NCBI RefSeq assembly: GCF_006345805.1
Contig: NC_043009.1
Location: 12,772,001 to 12,836,000 of the forward strand
Length of the DNA stretch: 64,000 nt
Direction: 5' to 3'
DNA from: Octopus sinensis
Taxonomy: Eukaryota
Of the stretch, positions 27,974 through 41,930 are shown in pieces; position 1 is the first letter of the stretch; every line of letters begins with the position of its first letter. Under the pieces are notes generated by a model, which was not told the DNA's origin, made no database searches, and saw only the letters and a program-made list of their open reading frames with translations. Both the position numbers and the translations under genes were made by a program.

Positions 27974-28499
27974 GAATAAAGATATATGCATCGGTTAGGA
28001 TGCGAAGATAATCGATACATATGTGATGATATGGTAAGCAAGTGACAATGTGCCATTTAATTTTTGTTCTTGCACTGGTAGATTCGCTGCTCTGTGGTTG
28101 ATTGGTTAGTTTCGTTGTGTAATTCGGGCAGGGTGAGTATTATTTGGTGAGGGTTTCCTCGTTAATTAAGCAAAATTTTTCGCACGTATATATATATAAT
28201 ATATAATATATATATATATATATTATATATATATATTATATATATATAGATATATATATATATATATGTATATATATACATGTATATATATATGTATATT
28301 ATAGTCATAATATGTATAATATATATATATATAATATATGTAATGTGTATATATATATATATATACGTATATATATATTATAACATAATATATATATACA
28401 TATATATATATATATAGTAACACAAATATGTGTAAGTGTAGATGGAGACAAATGTATTTTGTATACACATACATACCTATCTGACTAAATAATATAGAC

Positions 28500-28998
28500 A
28501 TACTGGGTTATACCATAGATAGCGCGTTTTTTCAGTTGCATGAACTAAAAGTCGGAGGATGACGGGATAAACAACCCGCATCAACATGCTATAAATGCTG
28601 GTAGTAATTTTCCCTAATATTTATTCTTAGTGCAAGTTTGGAAAAGTGCAGTTCGATTTTAGCAGTTATTTCTTTCAAAGCTACAAGGGAAGTGACAAAG
28701 GAGCATATTCGGCATATTTTGCTTTATGAGTTCTATAACGGCAACAAGGCACCAAAAAGTGCGAGGAATATTAATGCAGTATATATATAAACATAAGCCA
28801 GTGTCAACGGTGGTTCCAGAAATTCCGAGGCGAAACTACAGCCTAGAAGACGAGCCTCGTCCTGGACGATCTGTAGCGCTCGACGTGGACGTCCTGCAAA
28901 CCCTGGTGGAACAAAATCTCATCGTAACTGTTGAGGAGCTAGCAGAGAAGCTTGGATTTGATCGTTCAACCATACATTGATACCTACGTGCAATCGAA
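28500..28998 (+). mobile_element. Mariner 5' fragment
   Basis: EVTKEHIRHILLYEF..WFQKFRGENYSLEDEPRPGR; homologous to 41931-43221. Confidence 0.85.
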
Positions 28999-29170
28999 AA
29001 TATATGTATATATATATATATATATACGAATATATACTTATATCTACATATATACGCATATTATATACATGTATATATATATATACCGGAGTAAACACAT
29101 AAATATATATATATATATATATACATATATGAATATACATACATACACACACACACACACACATATATAT

Positions 29171-29586
29171 ACTCTTACTCTTTACTCTTTTACTTGTTTC
29201 AGTCATTTGACTGCGGCCATGCTGGAGCACCGCCTTTAGTCGAGCAACTCGACCCCGGGACTTATTCTTTGTAAGCCCAGTACTTATTCTATCGGTCTCT
29301 TTTGCCGAACCGCTAAGTGACGGGGACGTAAACACACCAGCATCATCTGTCAAGCAATGCTAGGGGGACAAACACAGACACACAAACACACACACACATA
29401 CATATATATACATACATATATACGACAGGCTTCTTTCAGTTTCCGTCTACCAAATCCACTCACAAGGCATTGGTCGGCCCGGGGCTATAGCAGAAGACAC
29501 TTGCCCAAGATGCCACGCAGTGGGACTGAACCCGGAACCATGTGGTTGGTTAGCAAGCTACTTACCACACAGCCACTCCTGCGCCT
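29171..29586 (-). mobile_element. CORE-like SINE with internal microsatellite
   Basis: Complete head-to-tail copy of the 5.6/6.2 kb family. Confidence 0.85.
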
Positions 29587-30143
29587 ATATATAGATACAC
29601 ACACGCACACACGTTCAGATATATACATATGTGTGTCTTTTTACATGATATACGCGCACATACACACACAACACACACACGCACGTACACATACGAGCGC
29701 GCACAGACATGAGCCCCCACGCACACAGATACATAGTATGTAGATCGTGCTAATTTTTTTACTGAATGACATTCAGAGCCCATGGCAATAGGAAAGCTAG
29801 CTTAAAAAAGATAATGTAGGGAAAAATACCTGTTCTTCCATGTGATTATTAAGAAGAAACACTCTGTGGAATGCGCGTGTGAGTGGGCGTAGGGGAAGCC
29901 GGTTTGTTGTGTTATGTTGTGAATAGAAAATATGAGAACTTGGTTTTCGAAACAGGAAATTATGAACAAACACATACTATTGCGTGAAAATTCCCCTTGT
30001 AGATATTTTTGCATGTGTTCGAGAGCAGGCGAATTTGGGTGAATGCAGATATGTGCACACACACACACACGCACAAATATAGGTACATAAACATACATAC
30101 ACACAGATATATATGTATATATATATACATATAGACTTACACT

Positions 30144-30185
<42 letters not shown>

Positions 30186-30409
30186 CTGCCGAAACGAAGT
30201 TTCGTAATTTTAATTTCTAATATTTTCAGTATGTGGTTTAAGCAAATTGTTGCAAAAAACCCTTATTATTATAATTATATACAGACATATATATCTATAC
30301 AAATTATATATACACACACATATAGACATATTTGTATATATATATACAAGTACACTATATACATACATATATTTATCTATCTATCCATCTATATATATAT
30401 ATATATATG

Positions 30410-30540
30410 GGCGCTGAAGCAGCTGCTCAACAACTCAAATGGGGACGTGATATACCTCGAATCTGACATGCCCTCAATAGCTCAAGTAGCTACCCTTCCT
30501 AGTTATGTAGATGATGCAAAAGTCTCTCAGAGGATACAGA
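30410..30540 (+). mobile_element. CR1-like RT fragment
   Basis: [21 protein letters not shown] contains the YxDD RT motif. Confidence 0.6.
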
Positions 30541-30600
30541 ATATATATGTGTGTGTATTTCTGTGTGTGTATATATGTATCTCTCTCTCTCTCGTCTGTC

Positions 30601-30669
<69 letters not shown>

Positions 30670-30684
30670 ATATCTATCTATCTA

Positions 30685-30737
<53 letters not shown>

Positions 30738-31680
30738 ATATCTATCTATATATAAAACAAGTGGTCAAGATAGAGGAATTTGTAAAATATTGACTAGGTA
30801 GAAGAATATATGAAATATGTGAGCAAGATAGATGAAACCTGCTTAACGAAAAATCACAGGTTAATGGCAAGAAAACGATAAGAAATCAGAAACCACAAGC
30901 CATTGACACGAAACTCTTTCTTAAATTCTCCTTTAAAACAGCAACCCTTTAGCCGCCATACAGAAGCAAATTCAAACACGCTATGCACTGTGGTGCTTTG
31001 CGTTTTAAGTGAAATCTGAAAGCCATAATTGCAGTGTGTCATAGGAGAGTGTTAGGTGTTAATTAACGCCGTTTAACAGAACAGATAAGAAATGGTTATA
31101 AATGTGGCTAAAGTAATTCTAATTGAGGACTGGTGAGAATTTCAAATTAGAAACCCAATACGAAAGCCATTTGAAATTTATGTAAGGGTCGCAGTTAGAA
31201 TATAAAAGTATTTTGTTTCCTGAGATTTACTATTCAAGGCATGGCTCTTTCATAAACACAAACACGCAGTCATACACACGCACACACACACACGCAGACA
31301 TACAAAAAAAATGCACACATACATGCCACCGCATATGTCAATATATATACACATATGATGAAGCATGCACACAACCACGTATGGCTGCAATCACACGTGT
31401 ACTCACTCATTCACACATACAATCATACTCATACATACACAGATACTGCGATATAGATAAAGCAATAAATGTGGACAGCTTCACATGGCTAAAAGCAAAT
31501 ACAATGTAGTTTCATTCGTCTGTCTGTACAATTTCAATAATTGAAATAAAAATGCTCCTGAAAAAGCATAAACGCCATAAATTCACTTGTTTTCCATGTA
31601 AAACGAAGCACGAGTTCAAATGTAACCGATATCATTGTGCTTCCGACAACAACAACAACAATAGCTGATTAAGCTATTTA

Positions 31681-31894
31681 CTCTTTTACTCTTTTACTTG
31701 TTTCACTCATTTGACTGTGGACATGCTGGAGCACCACCTTTAGTCGAGCAAATCGACCCCAGGACTTATTCTTTGTTAGCCTAGTACTTACTCTATCGGG
31801 CTCTTTTGCCGAACCCCTAAGTTAGGGGACGTAAACACACCAGCATCGGTTGTCAGGCGATGTTGGGGGGACAAAGACAGACACACAAAGACAG

Positions 31895-31928
<34 letters not shown>

Positions 31929-32095
31929 GCATATATACGACGGACTTCTTTCAGTTTCCTTCTACCAAATCCACTCACAAGGCTTTGGTCGGCCCGAGGC
32001 TATAGTAGAAGACACTTGACCAAGGTGCCACGCAGTGGGACTGAACCTAGAACCATGCGGTTCGTAAGCAAGCTACTTACCACACAGCCACTCCT
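31681..32095 (-). mobile_element. CORE-like SINE with internal microsatellite
   Basis: Same family as 29171-29586. Confidence 0.85.
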
Positions 32096-33164
32096 ACATG
32101 TATGTGTATAATATATGTGTATGTGTGTCTGTGTGTATTTATGTATATATCTCTCTCTCTCTAATTTTATTCTTATATTTCGAGGTCTAGTTTGACACAT
32201 TGGCCAAACTTCACCTCGAAGTACAAAATAAACACCCCACCCACCAAAAAAGCAAACAAACCAAAAATATAAAAACAAAACGAAAGGATGAGGAATGGTT
32301 AGAGGCAGACGCATTGCTCTAATAAAAGATTTTACTGACGTTTACATAAGCCTCCACTCTGTTCTGTGATCTTTACGGAAAATCGTATTACTGGAATGTG
32401 TAACTAGAGGAATGGAGATTACTTTTGCTCATCGTGCAGAGGTTCTTCAACATAGAAACACTTGTCAGTCACTGAACCTAACATTACATATTAGCAGCAA
32501 GTAGCTGTCAGCAGATTCCTTTACGATTTCAGAACCAACTAATGAGAATGGGTTTTACTTATCCAAAGAGAGCCTTATCCAGAGGCCGCGGAAAGATTGC
32601 CATTCTGAACAAAGCATCCGAATGATCAGAAGGGTTATTTTCTTAATTTATATCATAGACGTGCACATAGATAGACACACACGAACACACAACCACATGT
32701 AAAATATATATACAAATACGTGTGCGTATAAGTGTGTCTGTGTATATGTATGGGGGTCTCTCACAGTTTCTGTCTAATAACTCACTCATAACACATGAGT
32801 CCACGCGGTTGTCTAACAGTAGACACTTGCCAAATGTCCTGCGCAGTTGGAAAGAACTTGAAATTATGTTAAAAGGGAACTTTCAAAACCATACAGCCTT
32901 AACTACACTTGGAGGTAGTGACACTCCAATTCCTAATCCTTAACGGTTGCCCCAGCTGGATCTAATTCGGGGTCCCAGGACATATACCTTCTGTGCTTTC
33001 ACACCGTACCTCCTAGGACGAGTTGCAGGCTTATAACTTATAGTGCTGGCATCGGTTGGAGACTGCAATAGATTTTTACGAACAGACTCCAACTATCCAT
33101 ACAACTGAGGATGTGGTATGGTTGTTCCTTTGAACACCTTGCATATTGAACTTATTCGCTATCA

Positions 33165-33530
33165 TAGTACGGCTTTTGTGCCTGCCCTCAACTATGATAA
33201 TCAATGTTAGGTAATGACGAAAAGAGTACGACAACTAATTCTAGCGGCTGAAATGGGGTTCTGCCAAAGGGTCTTTGGAGTAACATTACTCGATAGGGTG
33301 AGTAACTCGGAGGTCAAGGAGCCAAAGATCACAGTCCCAGTACTACGGTTGTGGGATTAGAATGTTACAGAAAAGAATCACAAGTCAAGCCAACCGGCAG
33401 GAGAACCGGGGTGGAGCAAGAAGGAGATGGCTGGATAATAACTATAGTCTCAATTAGTCACGCTTGGGAATCCAGATTGAAATGAACTGACGGTTGCTTT
33501 TGACTGGACATTTAGGAGGAGGCATCTGAC
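33165..33530 (+). mobile_element. Degenerate RTE LINE fragment
   Basis: VMTKRVRQLILAAEMGFCQRVFGVTLLDRVSNSEV...RRRWLDN. Confidence 0.6.
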
Positions 33531-34185
33531 GTAATAAATTTACTTCATAGTGAATGTATATTGTAATGTGGTGATTGACGATTTAAGAATATTGGAATAG
33601 AAATCTTTTTTCTTTTGCCCTTGTTTATAATTGTAACCATTGATGAAAATTTTTTTGGAAAATTTTTTATCCTATATTAGAAGTAAATTTATTACAATTT
33701 ACTTCGGGACTAGTAACCACTAAAAGTTGTGGTTCGTGAACAGTCACACGTGTGCAGAGGCTTGCTAAAGGATTTTACGTTTAGATATAACTGGGGTACT
33801 TATGTGTACACATGACTCTTGCATCTACTTTTTTTTTTCCATGGATGCTTGTAAGTATTTCATTTATTTCTTATCGTATTTTCTACTGAAGAGGGAAAAA
33901 TCCGAGGGATTAATCCCAAAATTGATTCAATATAGAGATAACGAATTAAAAAAAAATTCTGTTGGCTTGCCTCCCTCGATTTCAGCACGACGTGTATTCA
34001 TAGTGAATGTATATTGTAATGTGGTGATTGACAATTTAAAGTCTATTCTCAGCATATTGGCATAGAAATCTTTCTTCTTTTTACCCTTGTTTATAATTGT
34101 TTATAATTTTAACCGTTAAAGGTATTTTGATATGCTGGCCACTTTGATGAAATGTTTTTGGGAAAAATGTTATCCTATATTGGAA

Positions 34186-34230
<45 letters not shown>

Positions 34231-34234
<4 letters not shown>

Positions 34235-34465
34235 TACACACATGCTGACCGTCTTTCAGTTTCCATCAAGCAAATCCTCTCACAAGCTTTTGATCGGTTT
34301 GAGGCTATAGCAGAAGACATTCGCCCAAGGTGTCACGCAGTGGGGCTGAACCCGTAACCATGTGGTTGGGAAGAAAGCTTCTTACCACAAAACCATATCT
34401 GCGCCTATGCACATACACACACACATATATGTGTGCGTAGTTTGTGTATATATATATATGTATAT

Positions 34466-34501
<36 letters not shown>

Positions 34502-34736
34502 CATCTACACACATGCTGACCGTCTTTCAGTTTCCATCAAGCAAATCCTCTCACAAGCTTTTGATCGGTTTGAGGCTATAGCAGAAGACATTCGCCCAAG
34601 GTGTCACGCAGTGGGGCTGAACCCGTAACCATGTGGTTGGGAAGAAAGCTTCTTACCACAAAACCATATCTGCGCCTATGCACATACACACACACATATA
34701 TGTGTGCGTAGTTTGTGTATATATATATATGTATAT

Positions 34737-34779
<43 letters not shown>

Positions 34780-34780
34780 G
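34231..34780. repeat. Near-identical ~270-bp tandem duplication of SINE head plus microsatellite
   Basis: Units begin catctacacacatgctgacc at 34231 and 34502. Confidence 0.9.
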
Positions 34781-34851
34781 TATATATATATATATAGACA
34801 ACGCACATATACGCATATTAACATATATGCATACACACACACGCGCACACA

Positions 34852-34916
<65 letters not shown>

Positions 34917-35702
34917 GTGTGAATGTAGCAAAATATTTGCAAAAAATCAGCAGAGAGCAAGAACATCTTAATTAATGTTTATGAAAGTATAATACAGTTA
35001 ACGGACACATTGAAAAATCAAAAGCATTTTTAAATAATTGGAGACTAAAAATTGGCATCGAATACAGTAATTAAACGGAAATAAAAGTCTGGAACACAAT
35101 GATAAAGGACAATACGTCTAATAAAACTTCACAGGTTTATAGTTCGCTCTCTCTCTCTCTCTATACATTTTGTATTCTACTATCGCTTCTGCTGAGGATA
35201 GAGAACAATAAACATTTACTAGTTTCGAGTCTACTTAGAGATGTTAAGTGGAACTAATACAAAAGTAAGCTGATCAGACAATCGTTTCGAGACCTGTATC
35301 TTTGTATTAACCAGGCTATAAATTGCACTTTGTGGTTGTGAATTAACTTGCAAGTTGCTCAACATGGGATGAGAAAATAAGCAGCGTTATAGCAGAGGCA
35401 TTATGGACGCGCATGGAGTGAGTAGAGTAGGTCTTATCTAAACCCATCGTAATAGATGTTAGGCTCCATGAAGAGGTTCATCGAATGATATAGAAGCAAT
35501 TATGAATAAATCGGGTTATGGCAGTCTCTAGTGAAGAATTAAAACAGGAAGAAATATAGGAAACATGAAATCGAAGATATAAACTGTACAACACTATAGT
35601 TCCCTCTATTTGTGCGTGTATTTCCGTGCGTGTGTGGATATATGTATATATATATGTATATATGTATAAATAGGTATATATATATGTGATATGTATATAT
35701 AT

Positions 35703-35764
<62 letters not shown>

Positions 35765-36164
35765 ATATATATTATGTAATGTATATTTATCTTTATATGT
35801 TCATATATATGTTCATATATAAGTATAGCTATATGTATGTATATATGTATATACACATACACACGTACACACGCGCACACACATATGAAGTTATATATAT
35901 AACAGTAAAATCTAGCATAGTACAGAAAAACGTACGGGAAAAGAAAACGAAAGGAAAGATACACAAAGATGGCGATTACGCTCATCCCTCGAAAGCTATC
36001 GAACAAGTCATCATAATTTCGACACATTATATAAACACAACTGTAAGCTACAGAAGTGGGCTCGAACGTTAGACTTTAATGCGCATACAGGACAGTGTTC
36101 AAGGTCCATGTTTATCAAGCGGCTTCACACTGCGTGCTTTAGCTTCGTTACTATAGCAACAGTT

Positions 36165-36425
36165 CCAGGGATCGCGGGTTCGAATCTCAGACCGGGGGAT
36201 GTGTGTGTGTTATGAGCGAAACACCTAAACTCCATGCGTCTCCGGCAGAAGGTAACGGTGAACTTCTGCTGACTCTTTCGCCACAACTTTCTCTCACTCT
36301 TTCCTCTTGCACCTTGCAGCTCACCTGCGACGGTCGGCGCCCCGTCCTGGTGGGGAACCTATACGCCAAGGAAACCGGGAAACCCGGCCCTTATGAGCCA
36401 GGCGTGGCTCGAGGAGGAACAAACA
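36165..36425 (+). mobile_element. 5'-truncated tRNA-derived SINE (tail type A)
   Basis: Homologous to 1307-1608 from the B box onward. Confidence 0.8.
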
Positions 36426-36882
36426 CTTTATACATACATATATGTGCATGCACATACACCTACACTTTCAAATATGCGCGTGCACACACATACACGCACG
36501 CACACACAAATGTATACGTGAAGGCGCTTTGCTTAGTGATTATAGTGTTCAGCTTATGATTGTATCGTCAGGTGTTCGATTCCTGGCGGTACATGACCGT
36601 GTTCATATTGGTACGTGACACTATCATGCTTATACAATGTGAAGATTTTGCGTTGTTGTTCAGATCAAACTTTGCTTTGTTTCAAGTTTTTCGGCAACCA
36701 TTTCTATCGGTAATTAAATCCCTTTAATTTATTGGCTTGATTATAATCGGCAAGTTTGATTTAGCGATAATAAAATATTCCGACACTCTGTTTCATGTCG
36801 CCCTAATCTAAATCAGCAGGTAAAAATGAATTCTGCCTGTAATTCAAAGGGCCAGCCTTCGCCACTTTCTGTGTTATACTGA

Positions 36883-37277
36883 ACTAGCAGTATCGCCCGG
36901 CGTTGCTCGGGTTTGTAAGGGAAATAACCATGTAAGCATTTTTAGAGAGTTATAGCCAAAAAATAGCAAAAAATGTATTAAAAATGGAAAAAAATGATGG
37001 TAAATTTTTTTTTAATCGTTGACTCATCGTAGACATTTTTAGAGAGTTACTTCCCTTATATAATAGCGAAAAAATGCATTAAAATGGAAAAAAATGATGG
37101 TAATTTTTTTTTAAATCGTAGACTCATCGTAGACGCGCGCTAATACCCAGAAGGGCTCGATATGAATCACGACTATAAGATACCCGGTTTTGGTAAACTG
37201 CACCGCAAAATGTGGGAGTAGTTAGGAATCTAAATCGTAGGAGACAGACACACAACCTTACTTTTATATATAAAGAT
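36883..37277. mobile_element. Non-autonomous Helentron-type (HINE-like) element nested in a SINE tail
   Basis: Starts actagcagtatcgcccggcgttgctcggg, ends cttttatatataaagat, has a ~100-bp internal duplication; tail-C SINE sequence resumes at 37278. Confidence 0.6.
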
Positions 37278-37705
37278 TTCCTTAAGAAATACGCTAAGGG
37301 CACGCGCGTCTGTGGTACGCTCAGTCACTTGCGCGTAACTTCACGTGCAGGATCTTCTTTTGATCGGATCAAGTGGGACACTCATCTTTTCAAAAAAAAA
37401 AAAAAGAAGTAAAATGCACACTATAATTTCCCCTTACATTCTTGTAGCGAGCAGTCATTCCTTATTTTGCAGAAACATCCCAGGTTTTCTTCAAGTTTGA
37501 CTCTCTGGGTTATTTTCGACCGTCAGCCGGAATAACTGATTTCCACCAAGTGCTTCCTGAATATCTTATAATTCTTATGCTGAGGGCAAAATACTCATCT
37601 ATTAGGTTTAAAAAGTTTCCATGGCTTTCAGTCTTGACATTTAGAGAAAAAGGAGATGTGAACAAGATCATGATTATGTCTCATGGTTTAGGGTTAAGGG
37701 ATATA

Positions 37706-37775
37706 CAGCAGTCCCTCGACTATCGTGGGTGTTACGTTCCAAAACACCACGCGGTAAGTGAAAATCCACGAAACA
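37706..37775 (+). mobile_element. Tigger/pogo-like terminal fragment
   Basis: TA + cagcagtccctcgactatcg...gttacgttcc, a pogo-type terminus. Confidence 0.5.
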
Positions 37776-37899
37776 GAACCAGTACTCTTTACTCGTTTGC
37801 GCTTGTAGTTGTTTCAGTCATCTGACTGCAGCCATGCTGGAGTACCGCTAAGCATTTTGGCCGACGTGCTTAACGAGTCTGCCAGATCACGGCCTTATT

Positions 37900-37901
37900 G
37901 A

Positions 37902-37960
<59 letters not shown>

Positions 37961-38002
37961 TCACCACCAACACCACCACCACCACTACTACTACTACTAC
38001 TA

Positions 38003-38056
<54 letters not shown>

Positions 38057-38076
38057 CACCACCACCACCACCACTA

Positions 38077-38111
<35 letters not shown>

Positions 38112-38140
38112 GAAACTACAACAACAACAACAACAACATT
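37900..38140. repeat. (CTA)n/(CCA)n/(CAA)n microsatellite
   Basis: Direct inspection. Confidence 0.95.
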
Positions 38141-38166
38141 GTATATGTATATATATAAATGTACAT

Positions 38167-38397
38167 TCTTCTATTCTCTTATTCTTTCATTCATTTCAAT
38201 CGTTTGACTGCGGCCATGCTGGAGCATCGCCTTTAGTCGAACACATCGATCCCAGGACTTATTCTTTGTAAGCCTAGTACTTATTCTATCAGTCTCTTTT
38301 GCCGAACCGTTAGGTAATGGGTATATAAACACACCAACATCGGTTTTCAAGCGATGATGGGGTAACAAACAGATACACAAACACACACACACACACG

Positions 38398-38447
<50 letters not shown>

Positions 38448-38610
38448 CGATGGCTTCTTTTAGTTTCCGTCTACCAAATCCACTCACAAGGCTTTGGTCG
38501 GTCCGAGGCTATAGTATAAGACACTTGGCCAAGGTGCCACGCAGTGGGACTGAACCGAGAACCATGTGGCTGGTAAGCAAGATACTTATCACACAGCCAC
38601 TCCTGCGCCT
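38167..38610 (-). mobile_element. CORE-like SINE with internal microsatellite
   Basis: Same family as 29171-29586. Confidence 0.85.
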
Positions 38611-38621
38611 CTACATTTACA

Positions 38622-38656
<35 letters not shown>

Positions 38657-38657
38657 C

Positions 38658-38975
38658 ATACTTGTATCCAAAAGTTCCCGGACTAGTTTTGTAACTCGTC
38701 ACCAGATGACAGCTCACGGCTGCATTGCGCAGTGAGAGCCAGCAGTGACCTCCATGAGGCAGTGTGCCGAGTGATATCGCTGCGTTTACTTCGCATTTGT
38801 GAAATGTATGCTTTTGAGCATAACTCACTCGAAACATTGCGTACGATCCATTAGCTCGTCACCGTAAGCTTGACCATGACAGAGGAAGTTGTCATGACGA
38901 AACGTGCCCAGAGGCCTACGCAAAGTTGTAGGAAGTGTATGGAGTGGAGTGCATGGGCCGCACACAAATGTAAGT
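38658..38975 (+). mobile_element. Mariner-like 5' fragment
   Basis: TIR-like tccaaaagttcccggact; degenerate EAYAKL*EVYGVECMGRTQ helix-turn-helix region. Confidence 0.5.
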
Positions 38976-39352
38976 TAAGTAAGTTAAGTGAACTAGAACG
39001 TTGAAATTAAGTGCGCATGCACAGTAGAGTTCAAGGTCAATATATGCCAAGCAGCTTCGTTACTATGGCAACAGTCCGGATACTTATTGATAAGACCGCG
39101 TACACCCAGATCATGTTATTGATTCACCAATGTATAAACACTAACATGATCAATATAAAGCAAGTTGAACTGGATAGTAAATACTGTTCTGTATTTTAGA
39201 GATGAGGAATTCTGTACATTATTTACATTATTTACATTATTCACAACAAACAAGATGATGACACATATCCGTCCAATGTAAATAATGTAAATACTGGATA
39301 ATAAATGCTCACAAATACCAGATTCTACTACACTGTTATACGTAGTAGTAGC

Positions 39353-39395
<43 letters not shown>

Positions 39396-40505
39396 TCAAT
39401 AAGGCCGTGAGCTGGCAGACTCGTTAAGCACGTCAGCCAAAATGCTTAGCAGTATTTCGTCCATCTTCGCCCAGAGGATAGACCCTTAAATCCTTAAAAA
39501 TCCTTTAAAATGTTTTAGCCCGAAGGCTGCGGCCGTGCTGGGGCACCACCGCTGATATGTATGTAAAAAACATAAACAACACAACACAAAAACAAAAATA
39601 GCAATTATTTTAAAAGTACTGGATGGGTGTATTCTGACTTTAACTGTTGGTGTTGGTGTAGATTGAGTATTTTCAAAAATTGATCATTGTCTGTACCAGA
39701 TAGGTCAGTGATTACTGATGCGTTGTTTTGTTTAAGGTAATAAAAAGCCTGCTTTTGGCGACAAGAAGTTTTGTTAGATTTAGTATAATGTGCTCGAGTT
39801 GCTGGCCATTTCCTTTCTCACAAACATATGCAGAGTTTGGGTGTACTAGTAAATACAATACTTTAATACATACATAAATACATACGTACATACATACATA
39901 CATACATACATACATACATACATACATACGTACATACGTACGTACATACGTAGGTGCGTACGTAAATACATACATACATATATACATACACAGATACATA
40001 CTTACGGACACAGGCACACATACATACATACATATATATTGATAAATAGACTGATTCAGCTAAATATGCAGACACACATACACACATACACATACACACA
40101 TATACACACACATACACACACATACACACATACACACACACATACACACATACACACAAATGTATGTTGTGATAAATAGATAAATTGATTCATAGACAAG
40201 TGTATAGACATTGTCAGATAATTAATATTTAAACACGCACGTAATTACACATTCGAACACGCACATAAACTATATGTCATGTGTATGTATGTATATATGT
40301 GTACATATGCGTGAAAGAATATAGATGTATTTGTTTATGCATTCATGTTTGTATAAAACGAGTTCAAGTGTCGACCTCTATCATCTACACATATATTGTT
40401 CTATTTTATATACGTTAACACATTCATCCATCATTTTGTTCGCCTTTCACATTTTTCTCTCGCTATATATATATGTATATATACGTACGTAAACACACAC
40501 ACGCA

Positions 40506-40551
<46 letters not shown>

Positions 40552-40947
40552 CACACATATATATATATATATATACATGTATATATTTATACATATAAAT
40601 TAACACTGCATTCACATTCGTGAACACTCAAGACTTTTAGAATACGAAATAAATCGTTTTTTAACAGTGAAATACGAAGCAGATAAAGCTACAAATAATA
40701 GCATGCGGTATATTTGGTTAAAGAACACCTTATATGGAAGATGCCTAAGCAGGACGCGAACCTGCATCTTCTGTGGACATGACGGAAATGCAACTATTAT
40801 ATCAAAAGAAACTCTTCGAATATTCCACATCCATTGTAAAAACTTTGTTCTCCACCAGCGAGAATCGTACGTTGCTTGCGTCATTCGTACTAGTAACTTC
40901 GGGATGGATGATATCGTTTTTAACGGGAACTCAGAGTTTTGGTATTT

Positions 40948-41164
40948 CTCTCTTTTACTCTTTTACTTGTTTCAGTCATTTGACTGTGGCCATGCTGGAG
41001 CACCGCCTTTAATCGAGCAACTCGACCCCGGGACTTATTCTTTTGTAAGCCCAGTACTTATCTATCGGTCTCTTTTGCCGAAACCGCTACATAACGGGGA
41101 CATAAACACACCAACATCGGTTGTCAAGCAATGCTAGGGGGACAAACACAGACACACAAACACA

Positions 41165-41197
<33 letters not shown>

Positions 41198-41389
41198 ATA
41201 TATATATATATATATATACATATATACGACAGGCTTCTTTCAGTTTCCATCTACCAAATCCACTCACAAGGCTTTTGTCGGCCCGAGGCTATAGTAGAAG
41301 ACACTTGCCCAAGGTGCCACACAGTGGGACTGAACCCGGAACCATGTGGTGGTAAGCAAGCTATTTACCACACAGCCACTCCTGCGCCT
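40948..41389 (-). mobile_element. CORE-like SINE with internal microsatellite
   Basis: Same family as 29171-29586. Confidence 0.85.
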
Positions 41390-41930
41390 AATGGTAAGCC
41401 CATCTTTCAAGTTCACAGAAAATGTGGATTTTAATCTTACGAACAGCTTTCGGTTTTAGTTTTAATCCAAGGGGGATTTTAACCTAATATTCTACATGCT
41501 GTTATTTCTAGCTTGCAATCCATCCGTGTTTGGCATGAATTGCCACTGTCTTGATTCAGAAGACAGACAGTATTTGCTTTTGTCAAGCCATATCATTGAA
41601 CGCCGAAACAAGATATCCCTGTCCACATATTTATTTAGCACAATTAAGTTCATGTATGTAAATGAAAAGAGAAGGAAGATATATCTAATAAAACAAAAAA
41701 CAACTCAAAATTAACAGATGGCTATGAAATCTGGCAGGCTGCATGCATACACACGCACATATAATATAATATAATAATAATATAATATAATATAATATAA
41801 TACAATATAATATAATATAATATAATACAATACAATATAATATAATATATAATATAAACATACTTACATACATACACACATACATATATATATACACGTA
41901 TATCTGCGCACGCGCCTGTATATATGTATA

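Noticed and set aside
32535-32630. Possible internal exon after tttacgatttcag
   Set aside because: Open in two frames but no recognisable protein, weak donor and no supporting exons.
39215-39289. 15-bp inverted repeat tacattatttacatt / aatgtaaataatgta
   Set aside because: Low-complexity and part of a common repeat remnant; no further support.
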